A stretch of 64,000 nucleotides of DNA from Candidatus Falkowbacteria bacterium UBA1359 (GTDB lineage Bacteria; Patescibacteriota; Patescibacteriia; Patescibacteriales; Patescibacteriaceae): contig DBRV01000003.1 of NCBI GenBank assembly GCA_002306385.1, forward strand, positions 861-64,860, in the 5' to 3' direction. The notes under the pieces were generated by a model. It was not told the DNA's origin and ran no database searches. It saw only the letters and a list, made by a program, of their open reading frames with translations. Below, in pieces: positions 7,542 to 16,573 of the stretch (the first letter of the stretch is position 1; the number at the start of each line of letters is the position of its first letter). Both the position numbers and the translations under genes were made by a program.

Positions 7542-10500
7542 TTAACCAGCGACTCGCCAAATTTCTTCTAAACTTGTCTCGCCATTAGCTGCTTTAATTA
7601 AACCATCATGGACCATTAGCAGTGAGCCTTGTTTAATGGCCAATTTCTCAAGTTCAGCTTCAGTAGTCAAGGGTTGCTGAATTAATTTTTGCATTTCTGG
7701 AGTAATAATAATAACTTCATAAATACCTAGACGGCCATTATAGCCAATACCACGACACTGAGGACAACCAACTGGTCCATAAAACTGAGGCTTATCCGGC
7801 AACTTTAAGTCTGGCCGCTTACGTAAAAACTCCCAAGCTGGTTCAGCTTGTTCCCAAATATCTGCTGATGGAGTAATGGGTTTTTTACAGTAAGGACACA
7901 AACGTCTAACTAACCGCTGGCCAATAGAGCACTCCAGAGCACTAGCCAGCATCGGCCGGTCAACACCCAGTCCAGCAAAACGAGCAATGGCGCTAGCCGC
8001 ACTATTAGCGTGAATAGTAGATAGAACTAAATGACCAGTTAAACTTGCCTCAATGGCCGTTTTAGCTGTCTCAGGGTCACGAATCTCGCCAATCATAATA
8101 ATATTAGGATTCTGACGTACCAAAGAACGAAGCGCTGCGGCAAAAGTATAGCCACTGGCAGTATCAATTTGAGTTTGCATTACTCCGTCAAGATGATATT
8201 CAATTGGATCTTCAACAGAGATAATTTTAACTTCAGGGGTATTTAATTTTTTAAGTAAAGCATAAAGAGTAGTAGTTTTACCTGCACCGGTAGGACCAGT
8301 AGTAATAATAATACCTTTAGTCTTATGAATAGATTTGTCAATAAGGGATAAAGAGACATCGCGGATGCCTAGATCAGACAAGTCTAAACTAATAGATTGA
8401 CTGGACAGTAAACGGATGACTACAGTTTCTCCATAACCACCAGTAATTAAAGAAACACGACAGTCCATCCGCTCTTGCGGCAAAATCATGCTAAAACGAC
8501 CATCAAAAGTAGGTTGTTTAACGCTTAATGGCAAGCCAATTAAATTTTTAATTTCCCCAATTAATGGAACATAATGCTCCGCACCTAAAGTAACAATATC
8601 ATATAAGATGCCGTCAAGACGATAACGAATTTTTACACCACCCTCAATAGGGTCAATATGAACATCGGCGGCTTTACTGGCAATAGCGCCAGCCATTATG
8701 GCGGTGAGCATCTCACTGGTTGGTTTATTGGCTAATAATGTACCTGCCTGATTTATGTCTTTAGCTATGGCCTCACCAAATTGTAAATCCGCCTCTTTAA
8801 TAGTTAACCCGCGCCCCAGGGTCTGGGAGACAACAATATCATATAAGTCATCAATATAATCCGTCTTGCCCACTACCCTCAAAACTTCTTCCAGTGAAGT
8901 CTGGCCATCAAGCATTTTTAAGATTCCGTCTTGGAGCATAGTAACCATCCCATCTTCAATAGCTTGCCGCATTACCTTAAACGAAGGCGCTCCTTCGTTA
9001 AGCAAAACCTTCATCGGTTCGGTCATGGTAAAAATTTCAAAAATACCAACCCGCCCCTTATAACCAAAACCCGAACAATGCGGGCAGCCTGGCCCTGCTT
9101 TATAGAATACTGGTAATTCTTTAGGCACATCTATATTAGCCTTAGGCGAAATAACTGCTAAAATTTTATTAATTTGCTTCCGTTCTTCTTCGGTTGGTTC
9201 ATGGACCTGTCGACAGTAGGGACATAATTTGCGAACTAAACGCTGGCCAATAACAGCATTAATAGCTGGCGCTAGTTGATAGGGCTGCACCCCCAAATCA
9301 ATTAACCGGGGCAGTACACCAGCAGCATCATTAGTATGAAGAGTAGAAAATACTAGATGACCAGTCAGACTAGCCTGAATGGCAATATTTGCAGTATCAG
9401 CATCACGAATCTCCCCGACCATAATAATATTAGGATCCTGCCGTAAAATTGACTTTAAACCATTAGCAAAAGTGTAGCCTCGGCTTTCATCAACTTGACT
9501 TTGGTTAATTCCCTCCAGCTCATACTCAATGGGGTCCTCCAGGGTAATAATCTTAACGTCCGGAGAGTTTAATTTATTCAGTATAGCATATAGGGTGGTC
9601 GTCTTGCCTGATCCAGTGGGACCAGTAGTTAAAATAAGACCATTAGGTTTAGCCATCTGCTGTTCTAATATGGCCCGGACTGCTGGCCGCATCCCTAAAC
9701 TATCTAGAGGCAAAATAGCTGACTCAGGCCGCAGTAATTTTAAAACAACACTTTCACCATAAGCTGTCGGTAAAAATGAAGCCCTAACAGCTATTTTTTC
9801 TTTAGGGAGAAAAATATCAAAACGGCCATCCTGTGGCTTATTTTCTACATTTATCTTCACCCTGGCCACAACTTTAAGACGGGCTAGGACTCTCTTCCAA
9901 TCAGCTTTAGGAAGAGAGGCTACGTGTTGTAAAACTCCGTCTACTCTCATTCTAATTGCCACCTCATTTTCTTCGGCCTCAATATGGACATCACTACTCT
10001 CTGTTTTTAGAGCGGCAGCAATGATTAAAGTCATAATTTGACTTATATTACCTTCTTTTAACCTCTCATTAAGTGACTTAAAATCGCTCAATTCTTCTTG
10101 ATAGCGCACTAAATCAGCTGGACTAATTTCTACACCCTCTAAACGTTTAATCTTGGGTAGAGTGTCATAAACCCTAAGGCCATACCCTAAACTACGGGGG
10201 GAAATCAAATAAAGCTTGCTTTTAACATGATATTGATTTTTTAATTCTTCTATCTTGCGGGTTAGGCGATCACTTGGTTTAGTTGTGCCAATTCTAATAT
10301 TGTCTCCAACATAGTAAAAACAAATAGCCTGCAAGTTTTCAGCCTCTTCTCGACTTAATAAGACAATTGCCTCAGGACTAATGGGAAAATTAGTCAAATC
10401 AATATATGATAACCCCAATTGAGCTGCTTGAGCCGCTACCTCATTTTCGATGGCCTGTTCGCGTAATTCTTGTTCCCGACGTGCCAATTGCGCAGCGGGG

Positions 10501-10571
10501 GAATTTTTTTCTTGTAGTGATTTACTATTTAATAAATCCTCAATGGATAAATTGTCACTTTCTTCTGTCAT
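7542..10571 (-). CDS. GspE/PilB-family pilus assembly ATPase with two complete ATPase modules in tandem
   Basis: Two sets of DVHI, Walker A (GPTGSGKTT; GPTGAGKTT), EDPIEY, RQ[DN]PNIIM[VI]GEIRD, TGHLV.ST.H and CxxC...CxxC zinc motifs. Confidence 0.93.
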   Translation of the reverse strand: MTEESDNLSIEDLLNSKSLQEKNSPAAQLARREQELREQAIENEVAAQAAQLGLSYIDLTNFPISPEAIVLLSREEAENLQAICFYYVGDNIRIGTTKPSDRLTRKIEELKNQYHVKSKLYLISPRSLGYGLRVYDTLPKIKRLEGVEISPADLVRYQEELSDFKSLNERLKEGNISQIMTLIIAAALKTESSDVHIEAEENEVAIRMRVDGVLQHVASLPKADWKRVLARLKVVARVKINVENKPQDGRFDIFLPKEKIAVRASFLPTAYGESVVLKLLRPESAILPLDSLGMRPAVRAILEQQMAKPNGLILTTGPTGSGKTTTLYAILNKLNSPDVKIITLEDPIEYELEGINQSQVDESRGYTFANGLKSILRQDPNIIMVGEIRDADTANIAIQASLTGHLVFSTLHTNDAAGVLPRLIDLGVQPYQLAPAINAVIGQRLVRKLCPYCRQVHEPTEEERKQINKILAVISPKANIDVPKELPVFYKAGPGCPHCSGFGYKGRVGIFEIFTMTEPMKVLLNEGAPSFKVMRQAIEDGMVTMLQDGILKMLDGQTSLEEVLRVVGKTDYIDDLYDIVVSQTLGRGLTIKEADLQFGEAIAKDINQAGTLLANKPTSEMLTAIMAGAIASKAADVHIDPIEGGVKIRYRLDGILYDIVTLGAEHYVPLIGEIKNLIGLPLSVKQPTFDGRFSMILPQERMDCRVSLITGGYGETVVIRLLSSQSISLDLSDLGIRDVSLSLIDKSIHKTKGIIITTGPTGAGKTTTLYALLKKLNTPEVKIISVEDPIEYHLDGVMQTQIDTASGYTFAAALRSLVRQNPNIIMIGEIRDPETAKTAIEASLTGHLVLSTIHANSAASAIARFAGLGVDRPMLASALECSIGQRLVRRLCPYCKKPITPSADIWEQAEPAWEFLRKRPDLKLPDKPQFYGPVGCPQCRGIGYNGRLGIYEVIIITPEMQKLIQQPLTTEAELEKLAIKQGSLLMVHDGLIKAANGETSLEEIWRVAG

Positions 10572-10575
10572 AGAT

Positions 10576-12282
10576 TTAACCTATTTGGTTTTTACGTTCA
10601 TTAACATAGTTAGTCCAATCCTCAACCATATTTACTAAAAACTTAAACGGAGTCTCAATTATAAAATCTAGAAAAAAAACAAAAACGTTAATTTTACTAA
10701 ATTTTTCACTTAAGTATTTACCAACTGAAAGAACTGGCAAGCTAAAAAAGTCAAAAATAGTGCGCCATAAATTTTCTTTTTCTTCAGTAATTTTAAGCTC
10801 ATTGGTAACCTTCTTGATTCGAATGATAAAAAAACTAACAAATACCAAGAAAAATAAGAAAATTAATATACTAACCCAGGTAAAATGAAATATAGTCAGT
10901 AACCAGATAATAGCCCCAAAGGTTATAATAAAAGCTAATCCATATAAGAAATTAAAAATCTTCCTCAAAACACTAGTTTTTTTCTGAGATACCCTTAAAA
11001 TTATTGGTTCTGACCGCTTATATTCTTCAAAAGACAGTTCATTCACTAGTTTAATAATCTTCTCTGTATTATTTTCGTCAGGTACTTTAGTAACTAAAAC
11101 TGAAAAGAACAACAAAGTTGGAGGAAAAAGAATATTAAATAATAGGGCCAACGGTTCAATCTCTGCGCCAAATATCTTATTAGCTGGAATCTCTAGAAGA
11201 ATAACTAAAACACCTTTAGTAATAAAAATATAGATGATACTACGGACAGCGGCTCGCCATAATAATTTTTTAGCTTTAGTATACTTTGTCTCACAAATTT
11301 TCTTAATTTGTCTAGAAAAGGCCTGGGGATCAGTTTTAAAGCTGGTATAAATCCCTACCGGATCTTGGCGTAATAACTCTAATGAAACAGAAACCGCTAC
11401 GGCATAACGGCTAATAATTTTATCAAGTGGCTCAGCAAGCGGGTGTCTTAATTGGCTATTAACAACATTGCGAATTTTCTCAATATTTTTAGCTACCGTT
11501 GGCCAGAGATTCTCAGGTAAATTTTGCCAATCTGCAATATAGTATTTAAATAAAATAAAAGTCAGCATGTCGTCATCTAACTTAGCAAAATTTCGGTTAA
11601 TGGAAAGATAAATTTGAATTGGCAAATCCTTAGCTAGCTCTTGCTGATCAGCTAATTGAATATTTTTAGATAGATATTCATAGAGATTTTTAATAGCTTG
11701 ATTTAATACAGGGTCTTGGCTAAGACGAGCTTCAATTTCGCTAGCTGCTACTGCCAGTAACCAATCCACTAACTGATTATGCTTAGCTATTTCGTCTCTA
11801 ATCTCCCTTAAATCTCTTTTGGTTAAATCCTTACTTATTTCTTTACTTATACTAGGGGCAGCAATATTTTTAATTACCAAATATTTTTTAATAATAACTG
11901 CTACTTCATCAATAAGGCTCAGGGGTAGTTGATTATTTGGCAAATAACCACCACGAATTAATTCTGTTAATAAATGTTCACTAATTTCTGCCGCTTGGCA
12001 CTCTTTAGTATCTCCTTCAATTACGGTTTTGCGTCGTAAAATTCGTTTAATTGCCTCTTTACGGAGCAAATATTCTTCCTTATATTCCACCACATTACGG
12101 ATTTTTTCATAAAAAAAGGCCATGCGGGAAATAACGCTAGAAACCTTAATTTTAGGCTGATCTGATGTATCTTTGACCTGACTATGTTGAGTACGATAAA
12201 TTACTTGCAACAATTGTTTAGTGTTAACATTGGCGGTTAAAGTAAAAGAGGCCTGTTTATGTAACTTAGGATTGAGTATCAT
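10576..12282 (-). CDS. Hypothetical membrane protein (large soluble N-terminal domain, C-terminal TM helices)
   Basis: 568-aa ORF, first gene of the operon containing the pilus ATPase. Confidence 0.8.
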   Translation of the reverse strand: MILNPKLHKQASFTLTANVNTKQLLQVIYRTQHSQVKDTSDQPKIKVSSVISRMAFFYEKIRNVVEYKEEYLLRKEAIKRILRRKTVIEGDTKECQAAEISEHLLTELIRGGYLPNNQLPLSLIDEVAVIIKKYLVIKNIAAPSISKEISKDLTKRDLREIRDEIAKHNQLVDWLLAVAASEIEARLSQDPVLNQAIKNLYEYLSKNIQLADQQELAKDLPIQIYLSINRNFAKLDDDMLTFILFKYYIADWQNLPENLWPTVAKNIEKIRNVVNSQLRHPLAEPLDKIISRYAVAVSVSLELLRQDPVGIYTSFKTDPQAFSRQIKKICETKYTKAKKLLWRAAVRSIIYIFITKGVLVILLEIPANKIFGAEIEPLALLFNILFPPTLLFFSVLVTKVPDENNTEKIIKLVNELSFEEYKRSEPIILRVSQKKTSVLRKIFNFLYGLAFIITFGAIIWLLTIFHFTWVSILIFLFFLVFVSFFIIRIKKVTNELKITEEKENLWRTIFDFFSLPVLSVGKYLSEKFSKINVFVFFLDFIIETPFKFLVNMVEDWTNYVNERKNQIG

Positions 12283-12395
12283 AAAAATATTTACTATCCA
12301 TAAGAATAGCTAAAAAAAGCTTAATAGTAAAGAGAAAAATTAAAGGTGATGTTTACTGGACTAAATCCAACCTTTTTTGAGTAAAATCTAAGTGT

Positions 12396-13310
12396 TTATT
12401 TATTTAAATCGTAGCTTTGTTTAATAAGCGCAAAAACCGCTTCAAGCTCGCTATCTTTCTTCAGTTTCACCTCGTAATCGCCATTGCCCCAGTGCCCAAT
12501 GGGTTTCGGTTGCGTTAAGTCGCGCGCGAGCTTTTGCGGATCATTAAGCTGTCCACTTTTGACATTGAGGAAAATTTTGAGGCCGTATTGCTCGACGACA
12601 ATATCAGTAAAGTTTGTTGATGTTTTATAAGCGACATACTTTGCTTTTGCTTCCTCAATAATGCTTTCATCGAGTGAAAGAATTTTTTCGCGCAAGGCTT
12701 GAAAAAGCATAACTGTCTGCTTATCAATTCCGGCAAGGTGGTCATCTACCGAGTAAATTTTTTGTAGACGCTCCATTTTTTCTTTTCCTTGTTTTGATTT
12801 TTTCACTATGCCAGAGATGGATATTCTGACTTTTTGATAATTTTCCGGTTCAAGATATAAAATTTCATCGTCATAAATTCGGTATCGTAAAAGTTCAACA
12901 TTGATCGGCAGAATATCAGCAGTATCAAGATCAAATTTATTATAACTTTCAGCAATGCAGATGACGCGAGGTGAATCCCACTCAATTTTTATGCTCATTT
13001 TTTTGCTTTGGCATAAAATTTCAAAATCGGCCTTATGGTCAAGAAGCCAGCGCAAATATGAAAGCCCTTGATTAATAACGTTGTCATTTTGGTTTTTCTT
13101 GTATTCAATAATGCAGGGCGAGCCGTTTTTATCTATACCGAGCGTATCAATTCTGCCACCGAAACTTGTTGAGTATTCATGAGCAAGAAAAATAATGTCC
13201 AAAATTTCTTCCAAATTATTCTCAAAAAGTTCTTGAAGGTTTCGCTCCAAATCAAGGTTGCGAGCGACTATTTTTTTGACTGCCGAATTGTGGATTTTAA
13301 ATAGTGCCAT
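12396..13310 (-). CDS. PD-(D/E)XK nuclease (NucS/EndoMS-like) fused to a DUF5655-like C-terminal domain
   Basis: LERNLQ, GRIDTLGID...IIEYKK, QGLSY; C-terminal IGHWGNGDYEV. Confidence 0.75.
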   Translation of the reverse strand: MALFKIHNSAVKKIVARNLDLERNLQELFENNLEEILDIIFLAHEYSTSFGGRIDTLGIDKNGSPCIIEYKKNQNDNVINQGLSYLRWLLDHKADFEILCQSKKMSIKIEWDSPRVICIAESYNKFDLDTADILPINVELLRYRIYDDEILYLEPENYQKVRISISGIVKKSKQGKEKMERLQKIYSVDDHLAGIDKQTVMLFQALREKILSLDESIIEEAKAKYVAYKTSTNFTDIVVEQYGLKIFLNVKSGQLNDPQKLARDLTQPKPIGHWGNGDYEVKLKKDSELEAVFALIKQSYDLNK

Positions 13311-13366
13311 ATTTTTATTTCATTAAAACATCAAGCAAAGCCCCGAGTGAGGCAACTAGTTCAATG

Positions 13367-13443
13367 TGGTGGACCTTAAGGGACTCGAACCCTCGACCTC
13401 CTGCTTGCAAAGCAGACGCTCTAGCCAGCTGAGCTAAAGGCCC
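13367..13443 (-). tRNA. tRNA-Ala(TGC)
   Basis: GGGCCTT...AAGGTCC-ACCA with G3:U70, anticodon loop TTTGCAA, GGTTCGAGTCC. Confidence 0.97.
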
Positions 13444-13452
13444 AAAATATAT

Positions 13453-13707
13453 TTAACTCTGTTGATACCGCAGTAATGGACCAAGCATCCAACCTAAAAA
13501 ATTATTTATTAACCCAAAGGCAATACAAAAGCCAATAAAAATAGCAATAAGCCCAATAAGTGAATAAGCCATTCTGGTTCCGCCATAGGCGCTCAGCTTC
13601 TCTTCAAAAAAATCTATACGGCCAAAATTATTTAAAATCCATTCTCGTTTTAAGATAATGACTGCCCCCAAAACCACGATGGCTAACCCACCCAAAAAAT
13701 GTAACAT
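13453..13707 (-). CDS. Small membrane protein
   Basis: 84 aa with two hydrophobic segments; co-oriented between the LysM/M23 gene and tRNA-Ala. Confidence 0.75.
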   Translation of the reverse strand: MLHFLGGLAIVVLGAVIILKREWILNNFGRIDFFEEKLSAYGGTRMAYSLIGLIAIFIGFCIAFGLINNFLGWMLGPLLRYQQS

Positions 13708-13718
13708 ATAGAGATAAT

Positions 13719-15038
13719 TTAATGGACATAATTTAACGGATTATACCTAACATTACCAGATAAAACCTCAAAATGCAAATGTGATCCAGTAGAACGGCCA
13801 GTCGAGCCCATCTCACCAATAACCTGGCCCTTTACCACATTTTCTCCCGCTTTAACATATAGACGTGACAAATGGCCATAGCGAGTCTTTAATTTACCAT
13901 GGTTAATAACAATAGTAGTACCATAGCCACCATTCCAACCAGTAGCGGCTATTTCTACCCGACCGCTGTCGGCGGCATAAATCGGTGTCCCCACTTTATT
14001 ACCAATATCAATACCAGTATGACGCCACGAATAATATTGAGTAATACGATGGCCTACCGTTGGCCAGGTCATACCGCTACCTGATGAGGTTAAACTCTTT
14101 TGAGCCGTCTCTTTAGCTGAAGTAAAAACTTGTTGGACATTACTTTTAACGGCTTGAGTGATTTGACTAGCCAGTGTTGATGGTGGCTGGCCGCCAGGAA
14201 TAATTAAAGACTGGCCAATAACTACTTTATCGCCAGATAAATTGTTATAGGCAATAATATCAGCAGTCTTAACTCCATATTGTTTAGCAATCTTAGATAA
14301 ACTATCTCCGGCTTTCACTTTATGTAAAACTCCGCTAACTGGCAAAATGGTCAATTTATCACCAGGCCGTAGAAGAGCATTAGAACTTAAACCATTTTGC
14401 CAAGCAATTGTATTTATGCTTACCCCAAAAGCTTTAGCAATCCCGCTTAAAGTATCGCCAATTTTAACGGTATAATAAGTAATAGCCCTAGAAGGAGCAG
14501 TAGAGGTAGTGCCTTGGATATTTACTTGAGGCAGACTAACTGGACCCAAAGTATACGCCCAGCGGTCAGTTGTCATTCCCAAAACAGTCGTCAGGTCAGT
14601 AGATTTAGCCAGATCTAGGGTACTTAGATTATTAGTAATAATAGCTGGGTTATTAACAATAAATTCTCGGGGTGGCTGGTTATCCACCACAATATCATTA
14701 AATTGATTAAACTCATCACCAACTAATCTGGATAACCATGTGCCACGGACTAAATCTTCGGCAGCCATCAACTGATTGCTTTCTTGCTGGTTGTATAAAA
14801 CAATAAACAGGGCTATTAATAGGAACGTAATTACTGCTAGCCAAGCATTTTGTTGATAGCGGTTAATCATCCGCCGGCGCAAGTGCAAATATAGCTTGTA
14901 GATCTTAGTCGCTGGCCAATAGATAAATAACCGACCGACTAATTTAAAAATACGCGACAATAGCCAAACAATAATCCTTTTGACTTTAAGTAAAATATTT
15001 AATAAAAATAATGAACCGTCAACAAAGAAAGCCTTCAT
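13719..15038 (-). CDS. LysM-repeat M23 family peptidoglycan endopeptidase
   Basis: Two LysM repeats (YTVKIGDTLSGIA; HKVKAGDSLSKIA), M23 motifs HTGID and HLH. Confidence 0.93.
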   Translation of the reverse strand: MKAFFVDGSLFLLNILLKVKRIIVWLLSRIFKLVGRLFIYWPATKIYKLYLHLRRRMINRYQQNAWLAVITFLLIALFIVLYNQQESNQLMAAEDLVRGTWLSRLVGDEFNQFNDIVVDNQPPREFIVNNPAIITNNLSTLDLAKSTDLTTVLGMTTDRWAYTLGPVSLPQVNIQGTTSTAPSRAITYYTVKIGDTLSGIAKAFGVSINTIAWQNGLSSNALLRPGDKLTILPVSGVLHKVKAGDSLSKIAKQYGVKTADIIAYNNLSGDKVVIGQSLIIPGGQPPSTLASQITQAVKSNVQQVFTSAKETAQKSLTSSGSGMTWPTVGHRITQYYSWRHTGIDIGNKVGTPIYAADSGRVEIAATGWNGGYGTTIVINHGKLKTRYGHLSRLYVKAGENVVKGQVIGEMGSTGRSTGSHLHFEVLSGNVRYNPLNYVH

Positions 15039-15202
15039 TGATCGGCTGACATTGGACTTACCAATATGTTTATTCTAATTATCAGCCTCACTCTATCATT
15101 TTTGGGTGCCTCAGTCAATTAGACCCTATAATTATTGGCTAAACATACACTAAAAAAATTATACTTGCCCGACCAAATCTTTTTTGTTAGACTAATTTAA
15201 TC

Positions 15203-15278
15203 GGTCACGTCGCCAAGAGGTTAAGGCAACAGTTTGCAAAACTGTTATACGTGGGTTCGACTCCCACCGTGACCTCCA
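15203..15278 (+). tRNA. tRNA-Cys(GCA)
   Basis: GGTCACG...CGTGACC-T-CCA, anticodon arm ACAGT-TTGCAAA-ACTGT. Confidence 0.96.
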
Positions 15279-15315
15279 GGGATTATCTTTTTTTTGTTAA
15301 GTCTAAAAGAATATA

Positions 15316-15360
15316 GACTAAAATAATTTTATAATTTGAAATCTAAAAATTATTTTAGTC
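15316..15360. repeat. Perfect 15-bp inverted repeat downstream of tRNA-Cys
   Basis: GACTAAAATAATTTT (15316-15330) and AAAATTATTTTAGTC (15346-15360). Confidence 0.85.
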
Positions 15361-15398
15361 AATAAAACATTAAGTCTAGAGGAATGTAGTCAGAAGTC

Positions 15399-15447
15399 TT
15401 GACCACTTTTTTATTTTATGCTATACTACCCATATAGTTCTTTTTTA
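15399..15447 (+). promoter_or_regulatory. sigma70 promoter and boxA-like element (unit E)
   Basis: TTGACC (15399-15404), 17 nt, extended -10 TGcTATACT (hexamer 15422-15427); AGTTCTTTTTTA (15436-15447). Confidence 0.6.
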
Positions 15448-15660
15448 CCTTCTTACTCTGGCTTCTCCTAAAAAATAAAAAAACAAAAAATAAAAGGGCC
15501 AAGGTCACCATAAAGGAGACCAAAAGTTCCTTGAAGCCGGTTTAAGAATTTTGCTCTTGAAATTTTTATAAAAATTTCAAGGAGGAGGCCGTCGGGGCCA
15601 TTTCAATTTTTTACATCTTTATGTAAATGAAGGGCCCGCAGTGGCTTCCTTTTTGTTTTT
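15434..15660 (+). ncRNA. Candidate structured non-coding RNA (family not recognised)
   Basis: Lies between a consensus promoter and a long hairpin plus T-tract; several stems; no ORF longer than a few codons after its SD-like motifs. Confidence 0.45.
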
Positions 15661-15730
15661 AAAATATCCTTGACGAACAATTATTTTTCCCTTACAATAC
15701 CAAGCACTTACCTCTGTTGGACAAAATTAG

Positions 15731-15802
15731 GCCCTCATAGTTCAATGGATAGAACAAGGGACTCCTAAGCCCTAAATCCATGTTCGATTCATGGTGGGGG
15801 CA
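15731..15802 (+). tRNA. tRNA-Arg(CCT)
   Basis: GCCCTCA...TGGGGGC-A, anticodon loop CTCCTAA, GTTCGATTC; own promoter TTGACG-17-TACAAT upstream. Confidence 0.93.
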
Positions 15803-15817
15803 CGGAGATTAATAAAT

Positions 15818-15891
15818 GGGCCATTAGCTCAGTTGGCTAGAGCGCTTCCATGGCATGGAAGAGGCCAAGGGTTCAAGTCCCTTATGGTCCA
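15818..15891 (+). tRNA. tRNA-Ala(GGC)
   Basis: GGGCCAT...ATGGTCC-A, anticodon arm CTTCC-ATGGCAT-GGAAG. Confidence 0.96.
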
Positions 15892-15904
15892 CAATCCTCG
15901 TTTT

Positions 15905-15920
15905 TGTTCCATGTGGAACC
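15905..15920. other. parS-like centromere site
   Basis: TGTTCCATGTGGAACC, near-palindromic match to the parS consensus TGTTNCACGTGNAACA, about 18 kb from oriC. Confidence 0.6.
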
Positions 15921-15949
15921 AAATAATATTGTTAAAAATCATTTATTCT

Positions 15950-16011
15950 GTCCATAAAAATCTAGACAAATTATTCGGTGGAAAAGTCCATAAAAATCTA
16001 GACAAATTATT
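15950..16011 (+). repeat. Perfect 26-bp direct repeat, 2 copies, 10-bp spacer
   Basis: GTCCATAAAAATCTAGACAAATTATT at 15950-15975 and 15986-16011. Confidence 0.9.
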
Positions 16012-16118
16012 TACTTCGTGGCTAATATTAGCTAAAATTTAAAGCAGTGGATAACTTGTGAATTATTTTAATTTAAGTCCAGATAAACCTACCTTCTAAA
16101 AACCCTCCACTATAAATC

Positions 16119-16514
16119 ATGGCTAAACAAAACAACCCCTGGACCAATTTTGGCCAAGCGGTTGCATTGGCTTATTTTCAAAAAACTGGCTATAAAATTA
16201 TCGCCAGTAATTGGCATTATCATCAACAAAAAATTGATTTAGTAGCCCAACAACGATCTATCATTGTCTTTATAGAAATAAAACTATATCTTACTAATAA
16301 ATTTAGCTATACCAATAAAATAATGGGGAGCTACCAAGAAAAACAACTACAAATAGCAGCTAATTATTTTTTGGAGAGATATAAAATAAATAAATGGCGC
16401 TATGACTTTATTATTATTAGTATTAATGGTTATGGGGGGATGGCTAAACTTAAACACTACCGGCAAATTACTCCCAGTCCACACTATCTGAAAAAATTCC
16501 AGAGTAATACTTGA
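16119..16514 (+). CDS. yraN: YraN/UPF0102 family protein (divergent)
   Basis: GYKIIASNW, KIDLVA, IVFIEIK, WRYDFI motifs. Confidence 0.8.
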   Translation: MAKQNNPWTNFGQAVALAYFQKTGYKIIASNWHYHQQKIDLVAQQRSIIVFIEIKLYLTNKFSYTNKIMGSYQEKQLQIAANYFLERYKINKWRYDFIIISINGYGGMAKLKHYRQITPSPHYLKKFQSNT

Positions 16515-16573
16515 CTTGCCCCTAGCAACTCCGTATAGTGGAATAAATTAAAACAAACAATCACCAACTAAAT

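Noticed and set aside
15434..15660. SRP RNA, tmRNA or RNase P RNA
   Set aside because: Signature motifs (SRP domain IV loop, tRNA-like ends, GAGGAAAGUCC) were not found on either strand.
15950..16011. 26-bp direct repeat as a mini CRISPR array
   Set aside because: Only two copies, a 10-bp spacer and no cas genes in the window.
15791..16042. 83-aa ORF with an internal repeat
   Set aside because: Reads through tRNA-Arg/tRNA-Ala and the DNA direct repeat; no protein features.
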